A program made the translations under genes and the position numbers. A stretch of 64,000 nt of DNA from contig NC_043010.1 in the NCBI RefSeq assembly GCF_006345805.1, forward strand, positions 53,816,001 to 53,880,000, written 5' to 3'. Positions 27,550-40,770 of the stretch are shown one piece after another (position 1 is the first letter of the stretch; every line of letters begins with the position of its first letter). Source of the DNA: Octopus sinensis. Its lineage: Eukaryota. Below the pieces are notes generated by a model, which worked only from the letters and a program-made list of their open reading frames with translations, was not told where the DNA came from and made no database searches.

Positions 27550-27587
27550 TTTCTTGAAAATGGGGTCATAACCCCGAAATATTGATT
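27550..27587 (+). ncRNA. Hammerhead-like motif, U3-A8 variant (same family as 49213/49324)
   Basis: ttc TTGAAAA t GGGGT cata ACCCC GAAAT ATT. Stem II 5 bp; stem I weak in this copy. Confidence 0.45.
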
Positions 27588-27901
27588 ACAATGTAAGTGT
27601 ACATTAATCCTTATTTTTGTTTAATTGTGATTTGACATATTACGACAGTCATCTCTTAAAACCTCTTATAAGACGTTTATTCTACATTCGTATTAGTTCT
27701 TGCTCTCACCAACTGTCAGCATTTCATTCTCCAACAATGTCTTCATACGCTTGGAAATATACATACATACATACACAAATACATACATGCATACATACAT
27801 CATTCTTGCATGCATGCATACCTACATAGATATACTATATTACATATATTTCTGCTGCATGTGTCAAAGATTTATTAGTCATTATTATTATTATTATTAT
27901 T

Positions 27902-28580
27902 CAGTAGTTTTATTTTTATAGCGTGCTTTCACTTCACTACCGAGCGCAGCTCTGTGTGCCTTGGTATGTGCTGTGATTTGTTGTGATGCTCTGATGGTAT
28001 TGTATGGAAAGTGTTCTGCGTAGGGATGTGTGCAGTGCCTAGTAGTGCAATTTTCTGTATGTTATATGTGTTTGTAAGTCCTGGTGTTTTTGTTATGTAT
28101 TTGTCTGAATATTTTTTATCATGCCTAATGCGCCTACTATGATAGGAATTGTTTCTGTTTTCAGGTCCACATCTAGTTCCTCTATTTCCAGGTCTTTGTA
28201 TTTGAGAGTTTCTCTCCTTATTTCTTTTAGAGACACGTTGTCATCTGCCGGTATTGATACATCAATTAGAAAGCATTTTTTTTTTTCTTCATTACTCTGA
28301 CAACTATATCTGGACTGTTGGCCTTAATTTCTCTATCTGTGTAAGGCGGCATATTCCAGAGTATGGTTGTTTTCTCGTTTTCTGTGACCTTTTCTGGTGT
28401 GTGGCCTATACCATCTTTTTTCTGTTGTTATTCCATAATGTTGGCATAGCTTCCAATGTATGTAGGTTCCAACTCTGTCATGTCTGTGATATATTCCTTC
28501 TTAGCCAGGACTGGGCAGCTAGAGATAATATGATTTATTGTTTCTTGTCCATCTCCACATATTCTGCAGTTACTTGTAAT
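27902..28580 (-). mobile_element. R4/Dong-type non-LTR retrotransposon, 5'-truncated copy 1 (CCHC knuckle + restriction-like endonuclease)
   Basis: Minus strand: SNCRICGDGQETINHIISSCPVLAKKEY...HWKLCQHYG...KANSPDIVV...FLIDVSIPADDN...KYKDL...IPIIVGALGMI...IALLGTAHI. 3' end followed by (AAT)n. Confidence 0.9.
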
Positions 28581-28590
28581 ATTATTACTA

Positions 28591-28655
<65 letters not shown>

Positions 28656-28656
<1 letters not shown>

Positions 28657-30176
28657 TGTAGTTTTATTTTTATAGCGTGCTTTCACTTCACTACCGAGCG
28701 CAGCTCTGTGTGCCTTGGGTATGTGCTGTGATTTGTTGTGATGCTCTGATGGTTATTGTGTGGAAAGTGTTCTGCGTAGGATGTGTGCAGTGCCTAGTAG
28801 TGCAATTTTTGGTTTGTTATATGTGTTTGAAAATCCTGGTGTTTTTGTTACGTATTTGTCTGAATATTTTTTATCATGCCTAATGCACCTACTATGATAG
28901 GAATTGTTTCTGATTTTAGATTCCACATTCTGGTTACCTCTATTTCCAGGTCTTTGTATTTTGAAAGTTTCTCCATTTCTTTTAGAGACACGTTGTCATC
29001 TGCTGGTGTTGATACATCAATTAGAAAGCATTTTTTTCTTCGTGATCTCTGACAACTATATCTGGTCTGTTGGCCTTAATTTCTCTATCTGTGTATAGCG
29101 GCATATTCCAGAGTATGGTTGCTTTCTCGTTTTCAGTGACCTTTTCTGGTGTGTGCCTATACATTCATGTTTCTGTTGTTATTCCATAATGCTGGCATAG
29201 CTTCCAGTGTATGTAGGTCCCAACTCTGTCATGTCTGTGAATATATCCCTTCTTAGCCAGGACTGGGCAGCCAGAGCTAATATGATTTATTGTTTTCTTG
29301 TCCATCTCCACATATTCTGCAGTTACTTGTTATATTTCTTTTCATTACATGTTTTTGGTAATTTTCTGGTGGGGAGGCTTTTGTCTTGTGCTGCAATTAA
29401 AAATCCCTCTGTCTCTGCTTAGAGTCCTGAGCTTCTCAACCATTGCTGGGATGTTTCTTTGTCTATTTCTTTCGCATTTAGTTTAGTCCAGTATTTACCA
29501 TGAAGAGGCTTTTCTTGCCATCGTTTTTATTATTTTTATCATGGTTCTTTGCTGTTTTAGTTTGGATTTTCATTTGTTTTATAGCTTTTGTTTGTTTCTT
29601 TTTCTTTTTTCTCTTCCTTCTTCTTCATCATCATCATCATCACCTTCTTCTTCTTCTTCTTCTTCTTCTTCTTCTTCTTCTTCTTCTTCTCTTCTTCTTC
29701 ATCATCATCAATCATCATCATCATCATTCTTCTTCTTCTCTTCTTCTCCTTCTTCTTCTTCTTCTTCTTCTTCTTCTTCCTTCTCTTCTTCTTCTTCTCT
29801 TCTTCTCTTCTTCTTCTCTTCTTCTCTTCTCCTTCTTCTTCTTCTTCTTCTTCTTCTTCTTCTTCATATTTGTTAGGTGGTATGATTTCTTGTTTGTATT
29901 TGTCAGCTTCCTTAAATACTGAGAACAACTTTTTGTTTTGCTCGTGTTTTGCCGCTATTTGTATCAGTTTTCTTTCCTTCTGAGTAGGTATTTTTGTAGT
30001 CCTATGATGGTTATTTTATAGTAGTTTTTCCAGCTGTATAAGGCCTCTACCACCTTCTATACGTTGTATATATAGTCTTTCTATGTCAGATTTTGGGTGA
30101 TGCATCCTAGATCCTGTCATTATTTTTCTTGTTTTCCTATCTATTTTGGTCAGTTAATTTAGTGTCCAGTTAAGGA

Positions 30177-30178
<2 letters not shown>
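28656..30178 (-). mobile_element. R4/Dong-type non-LTR retrotransposon, 5'-truncated copy 2
   Basis: Same 3' end as copy 1, plus MHHPKSDIERLYIQRIEGGRGLIQLE, LHGKYW and WLRSSGL*AETEGFLIAAQDKSLPTR. Flanked by (ATT)n on both sides. Confidence 0.92.
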
Positions 30179-30179
<1 letters not shown>

Positions 30180-30223
<44 letters not shown>

Positions 30224-30308
30224 TATTATTATTTTATTATTATTATTATTATTATCATCATTATTATTATTATTATCATTATTATTATTATTATTGTTAT
30301 TATTATTA

Positions 30309-30362
<54 letters not shown>

Positions 30363-30410
30363 TATTAATTATTATCATCATCACATCATCATCACTATTA
30401 ATGTCATTAT
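30180..30410. repeat. (ATT)n microsatellite
   Basis: Visible array abutting the 5' end of R4 copy 2. Confidence 0.95.
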
Positions 30411-30961
30411 TATTACGATTATTTTTAATATCATAATTATTATTTTTAGTATTTGAAATGGGAAAACTTGATGTATACACAAATAAAATTCCACACGATA
30501 TACATTCTCTCTCGCATTCAGTGTGTATATGTACACACACACACACACGCGCACACACACACACACACGCACACACACACACACACACCACACACACACA
30601 CATACACACACACACACGTATATAGATATCTTATTTCATACGTTTCATTTTTAATATTAATGCAAAATATTTTATTTCTTACTTTACTATCATATGATTT
30701 ATCGTTTGCATAGTTATATTGCCAGCTTAAAATTATTTTCAAGTTTTTTAATGTTTTTTCCTTCGTGATTTATTTATTGTATTTATAGCCATGTGACAAA
30801 CTATGTGTTATCGGATGTAATATACGATATGCATATACGATATATATATAGATAATTATATATATAGATAATTATATATATATATATATATATTATATGT
30901 ATGTATGTTATGTATGTATATATATATATATATTATATATATATATATGTATGTATGTATG

Positions 30962-31039
<78 letters not shown>

Positions 31040-33009
31040 ATATATACTTATTCTAGCTTCTAGCGTTACATATATATATTTTCTTAACGTTTGTCTTAAT
31101 TCTTACGTATGTATTTGGAAATTCAAAACGCGTTTTCTTTTTGAAATTTAAAATAGTATTCACATTTATATTTAATATATACGTGAAGAGATTTTTACTG
31201 CTATTTTTTTCGCTTATTTTATATTGCATGGATATTCCCCAAAATTGTCTCAACACATTCGCAAGCATGATTCCCCCTCTCAGATTTCTAAGGAGATATG
31301 AAATTTACCTCTTATATATTTCTGTATATGCATATACTTTCATACGTACATACATACGTACATATAACACAAGCACTTATACATGTATGTGTGCATATAT
31401 ATATATGTATATATATATGTATATATATCTATGTATAATTATATGCATATGTTCACACATGCATATACATGCGTATAAATATTGTATGTATATATGCATA
31501 TATTTAAACACATTTGTGCGTGCGTATGCATGTTTGTATTTTTCTTGTATTCTGAACAAATAACGAAAAAAGCCATGAGGCTGTTTGAAAACATCAAAAT
31601 TGAATTATACATAAATTTGAATATGGATAATATTTATTATCCCATATATTTATTTACATATATTGCACGGCGAGAAATGCTATCCACTCGGTAATCAAAA
31701 AGTTATTGTTTTATATCCTCAAAGAATACTTGAATTTAGTTCAGGAAAATGCATTAAATAATAATCTACTCTAAATCTAAACCTTCGTTCCTACAGCAAT
31801 CACAATCACCGTATATTATTCGGGCTATTTACATGAAGTCTCGTAATGCTGATAACGTTATAGTTTCTGCCATTCTGAACAACTGGGAAAGTCTTCAGGT
31901 TGCCAGGAATACTGCACTGACGCGTGTCAGGCCTTGCGCTAAAATCTGTCCCTCGTAAACAGTCCATCACTTTTAGATATAGAAAGAGATGTAAAAAAAA
32001 GTTGATGCAGACAGATCCGTTGTTATGTTCTGCACAGAAAAAAGTTTGTTCATTAATGCTGTTGAGGTTAGTCAATGAATATGTCTAACCGCGATAATAA
32101 CAGTTTTTCTTCGCATTTATTATACTTAATAATTTATAATGGTCTTCTAAAATTAGACTACCATGACCGATTACAGATAACTCTCACATTTCACAGAAAC
32201 ATGAGATACGTTGCATGTCGTTGTTTTTATTTCACCAGTTTATTTACTGGTGTGTTAAAACAAACGTTTTCCCTCAGGAGTGACGAAAAGTTTCCCCACC
32301 ACCAGCAATTAGCTGAACACCAGATGCATCTTCACTATTCCGGGCCTTGAGAAAGTCGTGTACTCGTAGACACAAACTAGATGGGATCTACCATCTCCGA
32401 TATTGAAAACCGTAATTACGTTAACTGACATTGCGAATAAGCCTCTGACTGCAAAAAATTTCGCTGTTCGCAATTGGAGCAATATTTCTTCAAAATATAC
32501 ATTTATGTATCATACTTAACGTATATAGATTATTTACAGGCACGATGCTACGTATTTAGTCTGAGATAAAATATTTTGCGAAGATCGTTCCAGTGAAAAC
32601 CTTCGAAGACGACATGGACTAATTTACGTGCAAATGTTGTCCGAAGTATCTTTCTCCTAGAAAAAGCTGCCTTCTCCACGGCTAGACAGAAATAAAATGA
32701 GCCTTTTCTATCCCAGCGAAATATATTTAAACTGTAGGGAGTATTAGCATTCTGGGTCAGAACAGACCAGTGAATAATGGTAATTAAAGGGTAACTCCAA
32801 GCTAATCACGACTCTGATATGGTTTTGCATATGATCTCGTAACTACAGGGTTACATAGATACATACTACTAATCACACTGAATTTATAAAAAATTGTGAA
32901 CGCAAAGTGTAATTCGGATTGTGGGAAAATATGCATGAAATAAAGAGGAAATTACGTTTCAAATATTTGCACAAGGCCAGCTGTTTCGAATGAGTTGTTA
33001 ACTGAATTA

Positions 33010-33140
33010 TTTTTTGCTCGATCCCGAATGGATGAAAAGCAAGGTCGGCCTCGGAGGAATTTGAACTCTGGTTATAAAGAAGAATGAAATGTCACTAGGC
33101 ATCTTTGCCCAGTGAGCAAATGATTCTGTCAGCGCTCCGC
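33010..33140 (-). mobile_element. S2 fragment, degenerate
   Basis: gatgaaaagcaaggtcggcctcggaggaatttgaactc is the reverse complement of the S2 core. Confidence 0.7.
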
Positions 33141-33624
33141 CTAAAAAAAAAATAGGATATATAACAAAATAAAAACAGATCTAATGCGCATGTAAAACAA
33201 GAATAAGCCCCAGACTGACCGCAAATCAGTGACGAAAGCAAGTAAAAAAACAGAAAGAAGGGAAAACGATAGAAACTATACATCCTAAAAGCTGTCCATT
33301 CATAAACCAAAATAGACATTGTGCAAATATCTATAATAGAAAAATGCCGTAGGCAAGGAAACAAATCTGTGCCTGACGTTGTATGGAGGTTTGTCTAGCA
33401 GGTGAAGTTTAATAGGCCATGTAAAGACAAGCACGCACATACACACACACACATACACACACACACACCACACACTGCATACATACATACCTATACATAT
33501 ATATATTTGCGTATACAAATACATGTAAGAGTAGTTTCTTTACAAAATATACCCATACACATACATATCTATGTATTTCGATTATTTTCTGTGTTTAGCC
33601 CTGTGTGGCCATAATAAAAAACAT

Positions 33625-33635
33625 ATCTATCTATC

Positions 33636-33696
<61 letters not shown>

Positions 33697-33771
33697 ACTA
33701 TGTATGTATGTATGTATGTATGTATTTATCTATCTATATCTATCTATCTATCAATGTATCTATCTATGTAC

Positions 33772-33820
<49 letters not shown>

Positions 33821-33893
33821 AATGTATCTATCTATGTATCTATCTATCTATCTAATTATCTATCTATATATCTATATATCTACCTATATCTAT

Positions 33894-33930
<37 letters not shown>
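33625..33930. repeat. (ATCT)n/(ATGT)n microsatellite
   Basis: Visible array. Confidence 0.95.
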
Positions 33931-33933
<3 letters not shown>

Positions 33934-34801
33934 ATATATATATTTATATACAATATATATGTGTGTGTGTATTATATGTATATATATATAATATATAATA
34001 TCTATTATATTTATATTCATATAAAAAAGATACGTGCATATATACATATATACATGTAAACATATCTACGTATATATTCATGTGTGTATTTATATTCATG
34101 TAAGTCTCTATTTGCTTATATATGTACGTATGCCTCTGTACGTATATAGGTGTGTATATCCATGGCCAGATCTGTAACTGTTTCAGCCTACGTTCATATA
34201 TATATATATATAACAATTTGTAAAGGTGAAGCATTTCTATCTGGTGCTGTCTTTAGTAGTTATAGAGCAAATGATATACCACGAGTGGCAAAGGTGATGT
34301 TTTACTTTCAACCCACATTTATGATCATTTCCAAGATTCCACTTCCTCGCACTCTTACGCTTGAGATAACGAATGTACCAAGAATAGCTTCAACGCACTA
34401 CATTATTCATACCATTGTGTCTGACTTTTTCTGTTAAGCTTTCGAAAATGCTGATATTATACGGGAAGTCCTACGCTGAAGTATATATTATCTCCTTCAG
34501 AAAGACATACACTGACACACTTGTACTTAGGCAAATGGTATAAAATCATATTTTCTTATATATGCAGCATAGAAATGTAAAAGTGTATGTACGTAGGCGT
34601 TGGATTTGCGTTAAGAATTTTGCTTCTCAGCCGAATGCGTTCGGGTTCGCTCCCTCTGCATGGAAAGTTCCTTGGGAAAGTTTCTTCTACTACAGACGTA
34701 GAAGGATAAAAAGCTTGTGGACGGATTTTATTCGGTAACAATGGAAGTAAGCTTCTCAAATATATATATATATATATATAGATATATATATATATATTAT
34801 A

Positions 34802-34834
<33 letters not shown>

Positions 34835-34983
34835 TAATCGAACAAATCGACATCAGGACTTATACTTTGTAACCGTAGTATACATAATCTATCGGTATTT
34901 TTTGCCGAACTGCTACGTTGTCAAACGATGGTAGGCGGACACAACAAAGGCACAAAACATATATAACAAAAAACATACATACA

Positions 34984-35014
<31 letters not shown>

Positions 35015-35063
35015 CATACATACAAACACACACACACACATAATATATATGTATATGTATATA

Positions 35064-35109
<46 letters not shown>

Positions 35110-35284
35110 ATATAATATATATATATATATATATAAAGTAAGAGAGTAACACTATGTGGTCGAATATAGCACTAAAATAGATCCGCTAGGGTTCAGCCAC
35201 AAAGAATTGCTTCCGATGAAAGTTAGCACGACTACTAGCGCAAACGAAAGGGCAAATAAAATAAAAAAACAAAAAATGAGATTA

Positions 35285-35361
35285 GTTCAGGACAATTGTT
35301 TCGCTATTAATAAATTATGTAATTTTACTCACATAACATATCTGTAGTTCTTCAGCCGAAC
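35285..35361 (-). ncRNA. Type I hammerhead motif (GUC), left arm
   Basis: gttcgg CTGAAGA acta...tagc GAAAC aatt GTC ctgaac. Stem I is 6 bp; G10.1 is changed to A. Confidence 0.75.
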
Positions 35362-35450
35362 CCGTCCAGAACACAATTTACTCAACCGCACATAGATTTT
35401 ACCATAACGATAAACACACGTGCGGTTCAGTCGATTGCATTCGCTGGACG

Positions 35451-35525
35451 GGTTGGTGAAGAGCTACAGATATGTATGTGAGTAACATTACATAATTTAT
35501 TAATAGCGAAACAATTGTCCTGAAC
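35451..35525 (+). ncRNA. Type I hammerhead motif (GUC), right arm, C3 lost
   Basis: ggttg GTGAAGA gcta...tagc GAAAC aatt GTC ctgaac. Stem II gcta/tagc intact. Confidence 0.6.
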
Positions 35526-35780
35526 TAATCTGCATTTTTGTTATTTTTATTTTGCCCTGTTCGTTTGCGCTTAGTAGTCGTGCTAACTTTCATCGGAAAC
35601 AATTCTTTGTGGCTGAACATGAAACCTAGCTATCTTTTAGTGCTAGAGTCGACCACATAGTGGTTACTCTTTATATTTATGTATAAATTTATCTTAATCC
35701 AGGTTTTATGCACTAAGCCACTGTGGTGTTAAATGGATTACTATTAAATTAGTATCCAATATTCTCACCCTTATGAGTTG

Positions 35781-35811
<31 letters not shown>

Positions 35812-35844
35812 CTATATATATATATATAGATATATATATATATC

Positions 35845-36003
35845 GAGCTTCTTACATTTTCAGTCTACAAAATCCAATGACAAGGCTTTGGTCGGCCCGA
35901 GGAGGTCTTAGTAGAAGACACTTGCTCAAGGTGCTACGCAGAAGGACAGAACACGGAAATATGTTCTTGGGCGGTAAGCTTCTTTACCACACAGCCACGG
36001 CTG
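35845..36003 (-). mobile_element. SINE S1 head fragment
   Basis: caaggctttggtcggcccgagg...agacacttgctcaaggtgc...ttaccacacagccac. Confidence 0.75.
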
Positions 36004-36250
36004 CAGCTATAAAAGTAGGCAAACCAGCCGCCGGATTGCCAAAAGCCATATATATATATATATATATATGGACCGGGTGGTGCGATTTGTTCTTGCGCAA
36101 ATCATTTCATTTCACGTTGCTCTACGTCCACATGCACACCACTGACGTGTGGTAGACCGTGAACCTGTTCGGTGACTGTGGACATGACGAATGAGGTAAG
36201 CTAATGCATGGCACGAACATTGATGAACCTTGTTTCTCTCAGATTACAAG

Positions 36251-36302
<52 letters not shown>

Positions 36303-36315
36303 TATACGTACTATA

Positions 36316-36356
<41 letters not shown>

Positions 36357-36406
36357 GAGGCAGCGATGGAGAGAAAGGGGAACGTGCTACTGAAACTAAG
36401 GGAGAA

Positions 36407-36407
<1 letters not shown>

Positions 36408-36493
<86 letters not shown>

Positions 36494-36495
36494 TA
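36408..36495. repeat. (AGAT)n microsatellite
   Basis: Visible array. Confidence 0.95.
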
Positions 36496-37333
36496 GAGAG
36501 TTATGTGAGTATGTCTTTGTATTTGTGTTTGTCTCTCTCTGCGATTGGCAACCGTTGATATCCGATCACGTGCAAATTGTCCTAGCTGTTTGGTAAACAG
36601 AAATATGTTGACAAGGTTAAAAGAAGAAAAGTGCGGGGCCCGATTTCTTAGAAAGCCGACTAGACCCTTCAACAGTACATTTTCATTACTATAACCAGAC
36701 TGTCAACTGTTGTTATACACAGCTGGCCAAAACGCGTTTTCTAAAATTGTTGAAATGGTTAGGCTGGAAGACCAATACTCATTCACAAGGAAATACCTTT
36801 AAAACAGCGACCACTTTAACGGTAGCAGAATCACAATCTCACTACATCTACGCATTCAATGCAGTTTGCCAACGGCCCTACAACATGAACATACCCAGAT
36901 ATTGTCAGTGACTACTACTAAATTCACAGCCAAGACAATAAATATGGTGTTCTTGAAGCCGAGAATTCGCACTTGCGGAGACAATATTTACATATCACCT
37001 AGGAAAATACAACTAGATCTCATAATGCATGGAATCGTTTGCACAATAAAGAACCTGCACGCCTGGAGAACTACGTTGATTGGAAGCAATTGAAGTGGTT
37101 GACTAAGTTTAAAGTGGTTAAGAGACAAATTTCCAGCCGTAATACTTTTTGTTGACTCCAATTGTTTCCATTACCTATTCATACACGACAGAGGCCCAAA
37201 CGCAAGAATGGAAGTACGTATAAATACCACTAATGGATAGCACATGGTAAACCTGAAGGTGGACAAGCTTTTTTTTACTGTTATTTACTACGTTCTGTAC
37301 ACAATATTCCATAACTATATATATAGATACTGT

Positions 37334-37652
37334 GAGGGCGCGTGGCTTAGTGGTTAGGGCATTCGGCTCATGATCGTAAGGTTGTGAGTTCGATTCCCGG
37401 CGACGCGTTGTGTCCTTGAGCAAGACACTTTATTTCACGTTGCTCCAGTCCACTCAGCTGGCAAAAATGAGTTGTACTTGTATTTCAAAGGGTCAGCCTT
37501 GTCACTCTCTGTGTCACGATGATTATCCCCGAGAACTACGTTAAGGGTACACGTGTCTGTGGAATGCTCAGCCATTTGCACGTTAATTTCACGAGCAAGC
37601 TGTTCCGTTGATCGTATCAGCTGGGACCCTCGTCGTCGTAACCGGTGGAGTC
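37334..37652 (+). mobile_element. tRNA-derived SINE (head A + CORE-like segment + tail X)
   Basis: tggcttagtgg (A box), gagttcgattcc (B box), tgtccttgagcaagacacttt, and a tail shared with 39530. Confidence 0.9.
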
Positions 37653-38183
37653 TTATTAATATAAATACTAACTGACACTCCGTCGGTACGACGACTTGCG
37701 CTCCAGTCAAATACGTTCAACGGAAGTGTCTCCACGTGAAACAAATTTTGCAAGTGGCTGAGCATATTACACATATGTGCATTTTTAGCGTAGTAGTACT
37801 CAGGGAGACTCAGTGGTTATTGTGGTTATTGACGATTTAAGTCTATTCTCGTCATATTTGGCATTGGAATTCTTTCTTTTGCCCTTGTTTATAAATTTCG
37901 CCTTAAAAGTTATTTTCTAACATATGGGCCACTAATAAAATTTATTTGAAAATGTTATCCTATATTAGATATATGTGTATGTATGCATGTATGTATGTAT
38001 GTATGTATGTATGTATGTATGTATGTATGTATGGATGGATGGATGGATGGATATACATATAGTGTATTTTCAAGTTTCAAGAATTGTACCCTGCAGTCAC
38101 TGATCAATCGGATGCACTATTTTTAATATTAATCAGGTTCGATAAGAATTTTCAATAAAAAATGCTATTCAGTGATATACATA

Positions 38184-38565
38184 TCTCTCTCTATATAAAC
38201 GGCAGTTTGTCTGTGCGTGTTTCTGTGTGTCTGTTTGCTTGTACCCTCACCCTGACCACGGCTTTCAACCGATTCTGATGAAACTTGACACACACATAGC
38301 CCAATGTCATAATTCAAAACTAACGCAGCGAAAATTTTGAAAAGTTCCCCCAGTTCTGAAAAAATCGATAAATTCGACATGGGGTCGAGAATCAGAAACA
38401 CAAACCGCAAACTGTCTAGGGGACGCAACTCCACCTTTTTTACTCTCAAAAAAAATTTACCATAATTTTTTTCCATTTTCTTGCTATTTTTTGGCTATAA
38501 CTCTCTAAAAATGCTTTATAGTTATTTCCCTTACAAACCTGAGCAACGCCGGGCGATACTGCTAG
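38184..38565 (+). mobile_element. Non-autonomous Helitron
   Basis: Inserted at A|T. 5' TC at 38184; 3' subterminal hairpin cctgagcaacgccggg followed by CTAG (38562-38565) then T. Confidence 0.8.
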
Positions 38566-39529
38566 TTGCTATTATAAGTCTGAAATGTTAAAGATTTTGT
38601 TAAATTTTTCTCTAACCTGGACTGATGTTTAACCGCGGGTATGGAGCTATGAGGCCAACCGGATATTTATTTCTAGGCCTATGGCTTTTTGGCATGGATC
38701 CATCAAGCTCAACAACCATATGTAGTCCTACAAGCATATTCGTACATCTCTGCAGTATCGAAGGAGTGATATAGCAGTCAACCTAGGTGCAAGATTTTGG
38801 TTCTGTGTGAAACAAACTTTTCTTAGAACTGTAAAGTTGTTCTTTCTTTTTTATCTTTACTGGAATGCATTATAATTTAATTAATCATGCCGTCTATCTT
38901 CTATGTTTTGGCAAATGGTATTTCTGGTGAATAATTACTTCGATATAGAAGTATACCGCGTGAGAACTAACAAAATGTTTGCATTGAGTTTTATTAATAT
39001 AATTCTTAAGTCACATCATTATTATACTCCTATATTTCAATTAACGTTAATTAGCTTCCTTTGCGAATTGTATCATTAATGTAATTTTGATTATTTTCCT
39101 AATTAATTATACATCAGTCTTAGTAGGGTGAATTAATCAGGCATCTTAAAGGTTAGACGAAATTCTTTATATAAACTGTTAGCTTGATAGTCGATTTGCA
39201 TTTAATTAAACATTCTAAAATATAATCAGTAGTCATCTAACGATACGAATCATTTTGGATATTTCTTCTAATCACTCATATCAGAGATTAGCTTCGTTGC
39301 ATGGTGGTATTGTAATTACGGAATTTATTGCAATGGGTCTTCTCGAAAATATAAGAATCCCTTGATTCTTGATTCTCACGCTGCATTAAATATCGTGCTT
39401 GCGTTCATAATTTTATTGAACTGCACAGAAATTGGGGTAAAATAAGTCTTAACGTCCTTATCCAGAATAACGTGGGCATTACAGATATAAAGAGCATAAT
39501 ATGTATTACATTATTTACTATATTAAGCG

Positions 39530-39892
39530 TGGAGGCGCAATGGCCCAGTGGTTAGGGCAGCGGACTCGCGGTCATAGGATCGCGGTTTCGATTCCCAGAC
39601 CGGGCGTTGTGAGTGTTTATTGAGCGAAAACACCTAAATCTCCACGAGGCTCCGGCAGGGGATGGTGGTGATCCCTGCTGTACTCTTTCACCACAACTTT
39701 CTCTCACTCTTACTTCCTGTTTCTGTTGCACCTGTATTTCAAGGGGCCGGCCTTGTCACTCTCTGTGTCACGCTGAATATCCCCGAGATATCTGTGGAGT
39801 GCTCAGCCACTTACACGTTAATTTCACGAGCAGGCTGTTCCGTTGATTCGGATCAACCGGAACCCTCATCGTCGTAACCGACGGAGTGCTTC
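39530..39892 (+). mobile_element. tRNA-derived SINE (head B + body B + tail X) with 11-bp target-site duplication
   Basis: tggcccagtgg and ggtttcgattcc boxes. tatattaagcg is present at 39519-39529 and 39899-39909. Confidence 0.92.
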
Positions 39893-40526
39893 CTACTATA
39901 TATTAAGCGACACAAAGCGGCTAATTAGGATAGCTCAACGTTTGTCCCGCAGCTCATAGCAGACAATAGTCTGTTTCCAAAGAATAGTTCTACTCGTAGG
40001 GAAATGTAAGGTCGTAAAACTTCGGTGCCAGCATTATTAACGCCTCCTGCTATTTCCATTTGTAATAAAGCAGATGTATGTCTGCAGTTCATTTTCACTA
40101 GCATTCATTTTGCTGCGATATTTTGAGACTTTATATTTCATTTCTTGTTCCGCAGCACAAAAAGGAATTCTAGCATATACGTGACCTATTCAGTATAAAT
40201 TCTAGAATAGATAACATTTATATGTCTGGTTAATGTCATTCAGATGAAAAAGATCCTATGACAACCAAGTGAGTAATGCAACATGAAACTAACAATGAGA
40301 GAAACGTGGTCTTCATTAATCCAATTACGGTGGAATCTCCCCTTAGAACTGCTGGTGTTCACATAATCTAGAACAGATCGAATTGAAGTAACATGGATAG
40401 TAGAATGGAAAGTATGAGTGGAAATGAAAGGATTTACATAAATTAATACGGATACCATCGTTATTTCCCTCAAAATTTCAAAAAGGATTTTTGAATAATG
40501 ACGAGACGTTGCTTCGGCACAAATAT

Positions 40527-40641
<115 letters not shown>

Positions 40642-40687
40642 TATATGAAAGAATGGAGTTGAACGACTAGTTAACAAATATCCTTTA

Positions 40688-40770
40688 TTCTCGACATATG
40701 TTTCGAAGGCTGCATATTCCTAATTCCGAAGGAATAAGGAGTACATTATGCAGATTTCTCATCAGGAAAA
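40688..40770 (-). ncRNA. Canonical type I hammerhead ribozyme (GUC), long stem II
   Basis: ttttc CTGATGA gaa..ctgcata...tatgcag..ttc GAAAC atat GTC gagaa. All core positions are canonical, with G10.1-C11.1 and a 5-bp stem I. Confidence 0.88.

Larger units (their letters stand above)
35143..35670. mobile_element. Fold-back element (~250-bp inverted arms), each arm carrying a hammerhead motif
   Basis: 35143-~35390 is the imperfect reverse complement of ~35421-35670. Confidence 0.9.

Noticed and set aside
32278-32350. C2H2 zinc-finger-like peptide (SDEKFPHHQQLAEHQMHLH)
   Set aside because: It lacks both Cys ligands, is a single unit, and is followed by a stop.
36860-37170. Possible pseudogene (...RLENYVDWKQLKWLTKFK...)
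   Set aside because: It has an in-frame stop and no recognisable family or splice signals.
37334-37410. tRNA genes at SINE heads (also 12935-13005, 39530-39600, 46626-46700, 55148-55220)
   Set aside because: A and B boxes are present, but there is no complete acceptor stem and each continues into a shared SINE body.
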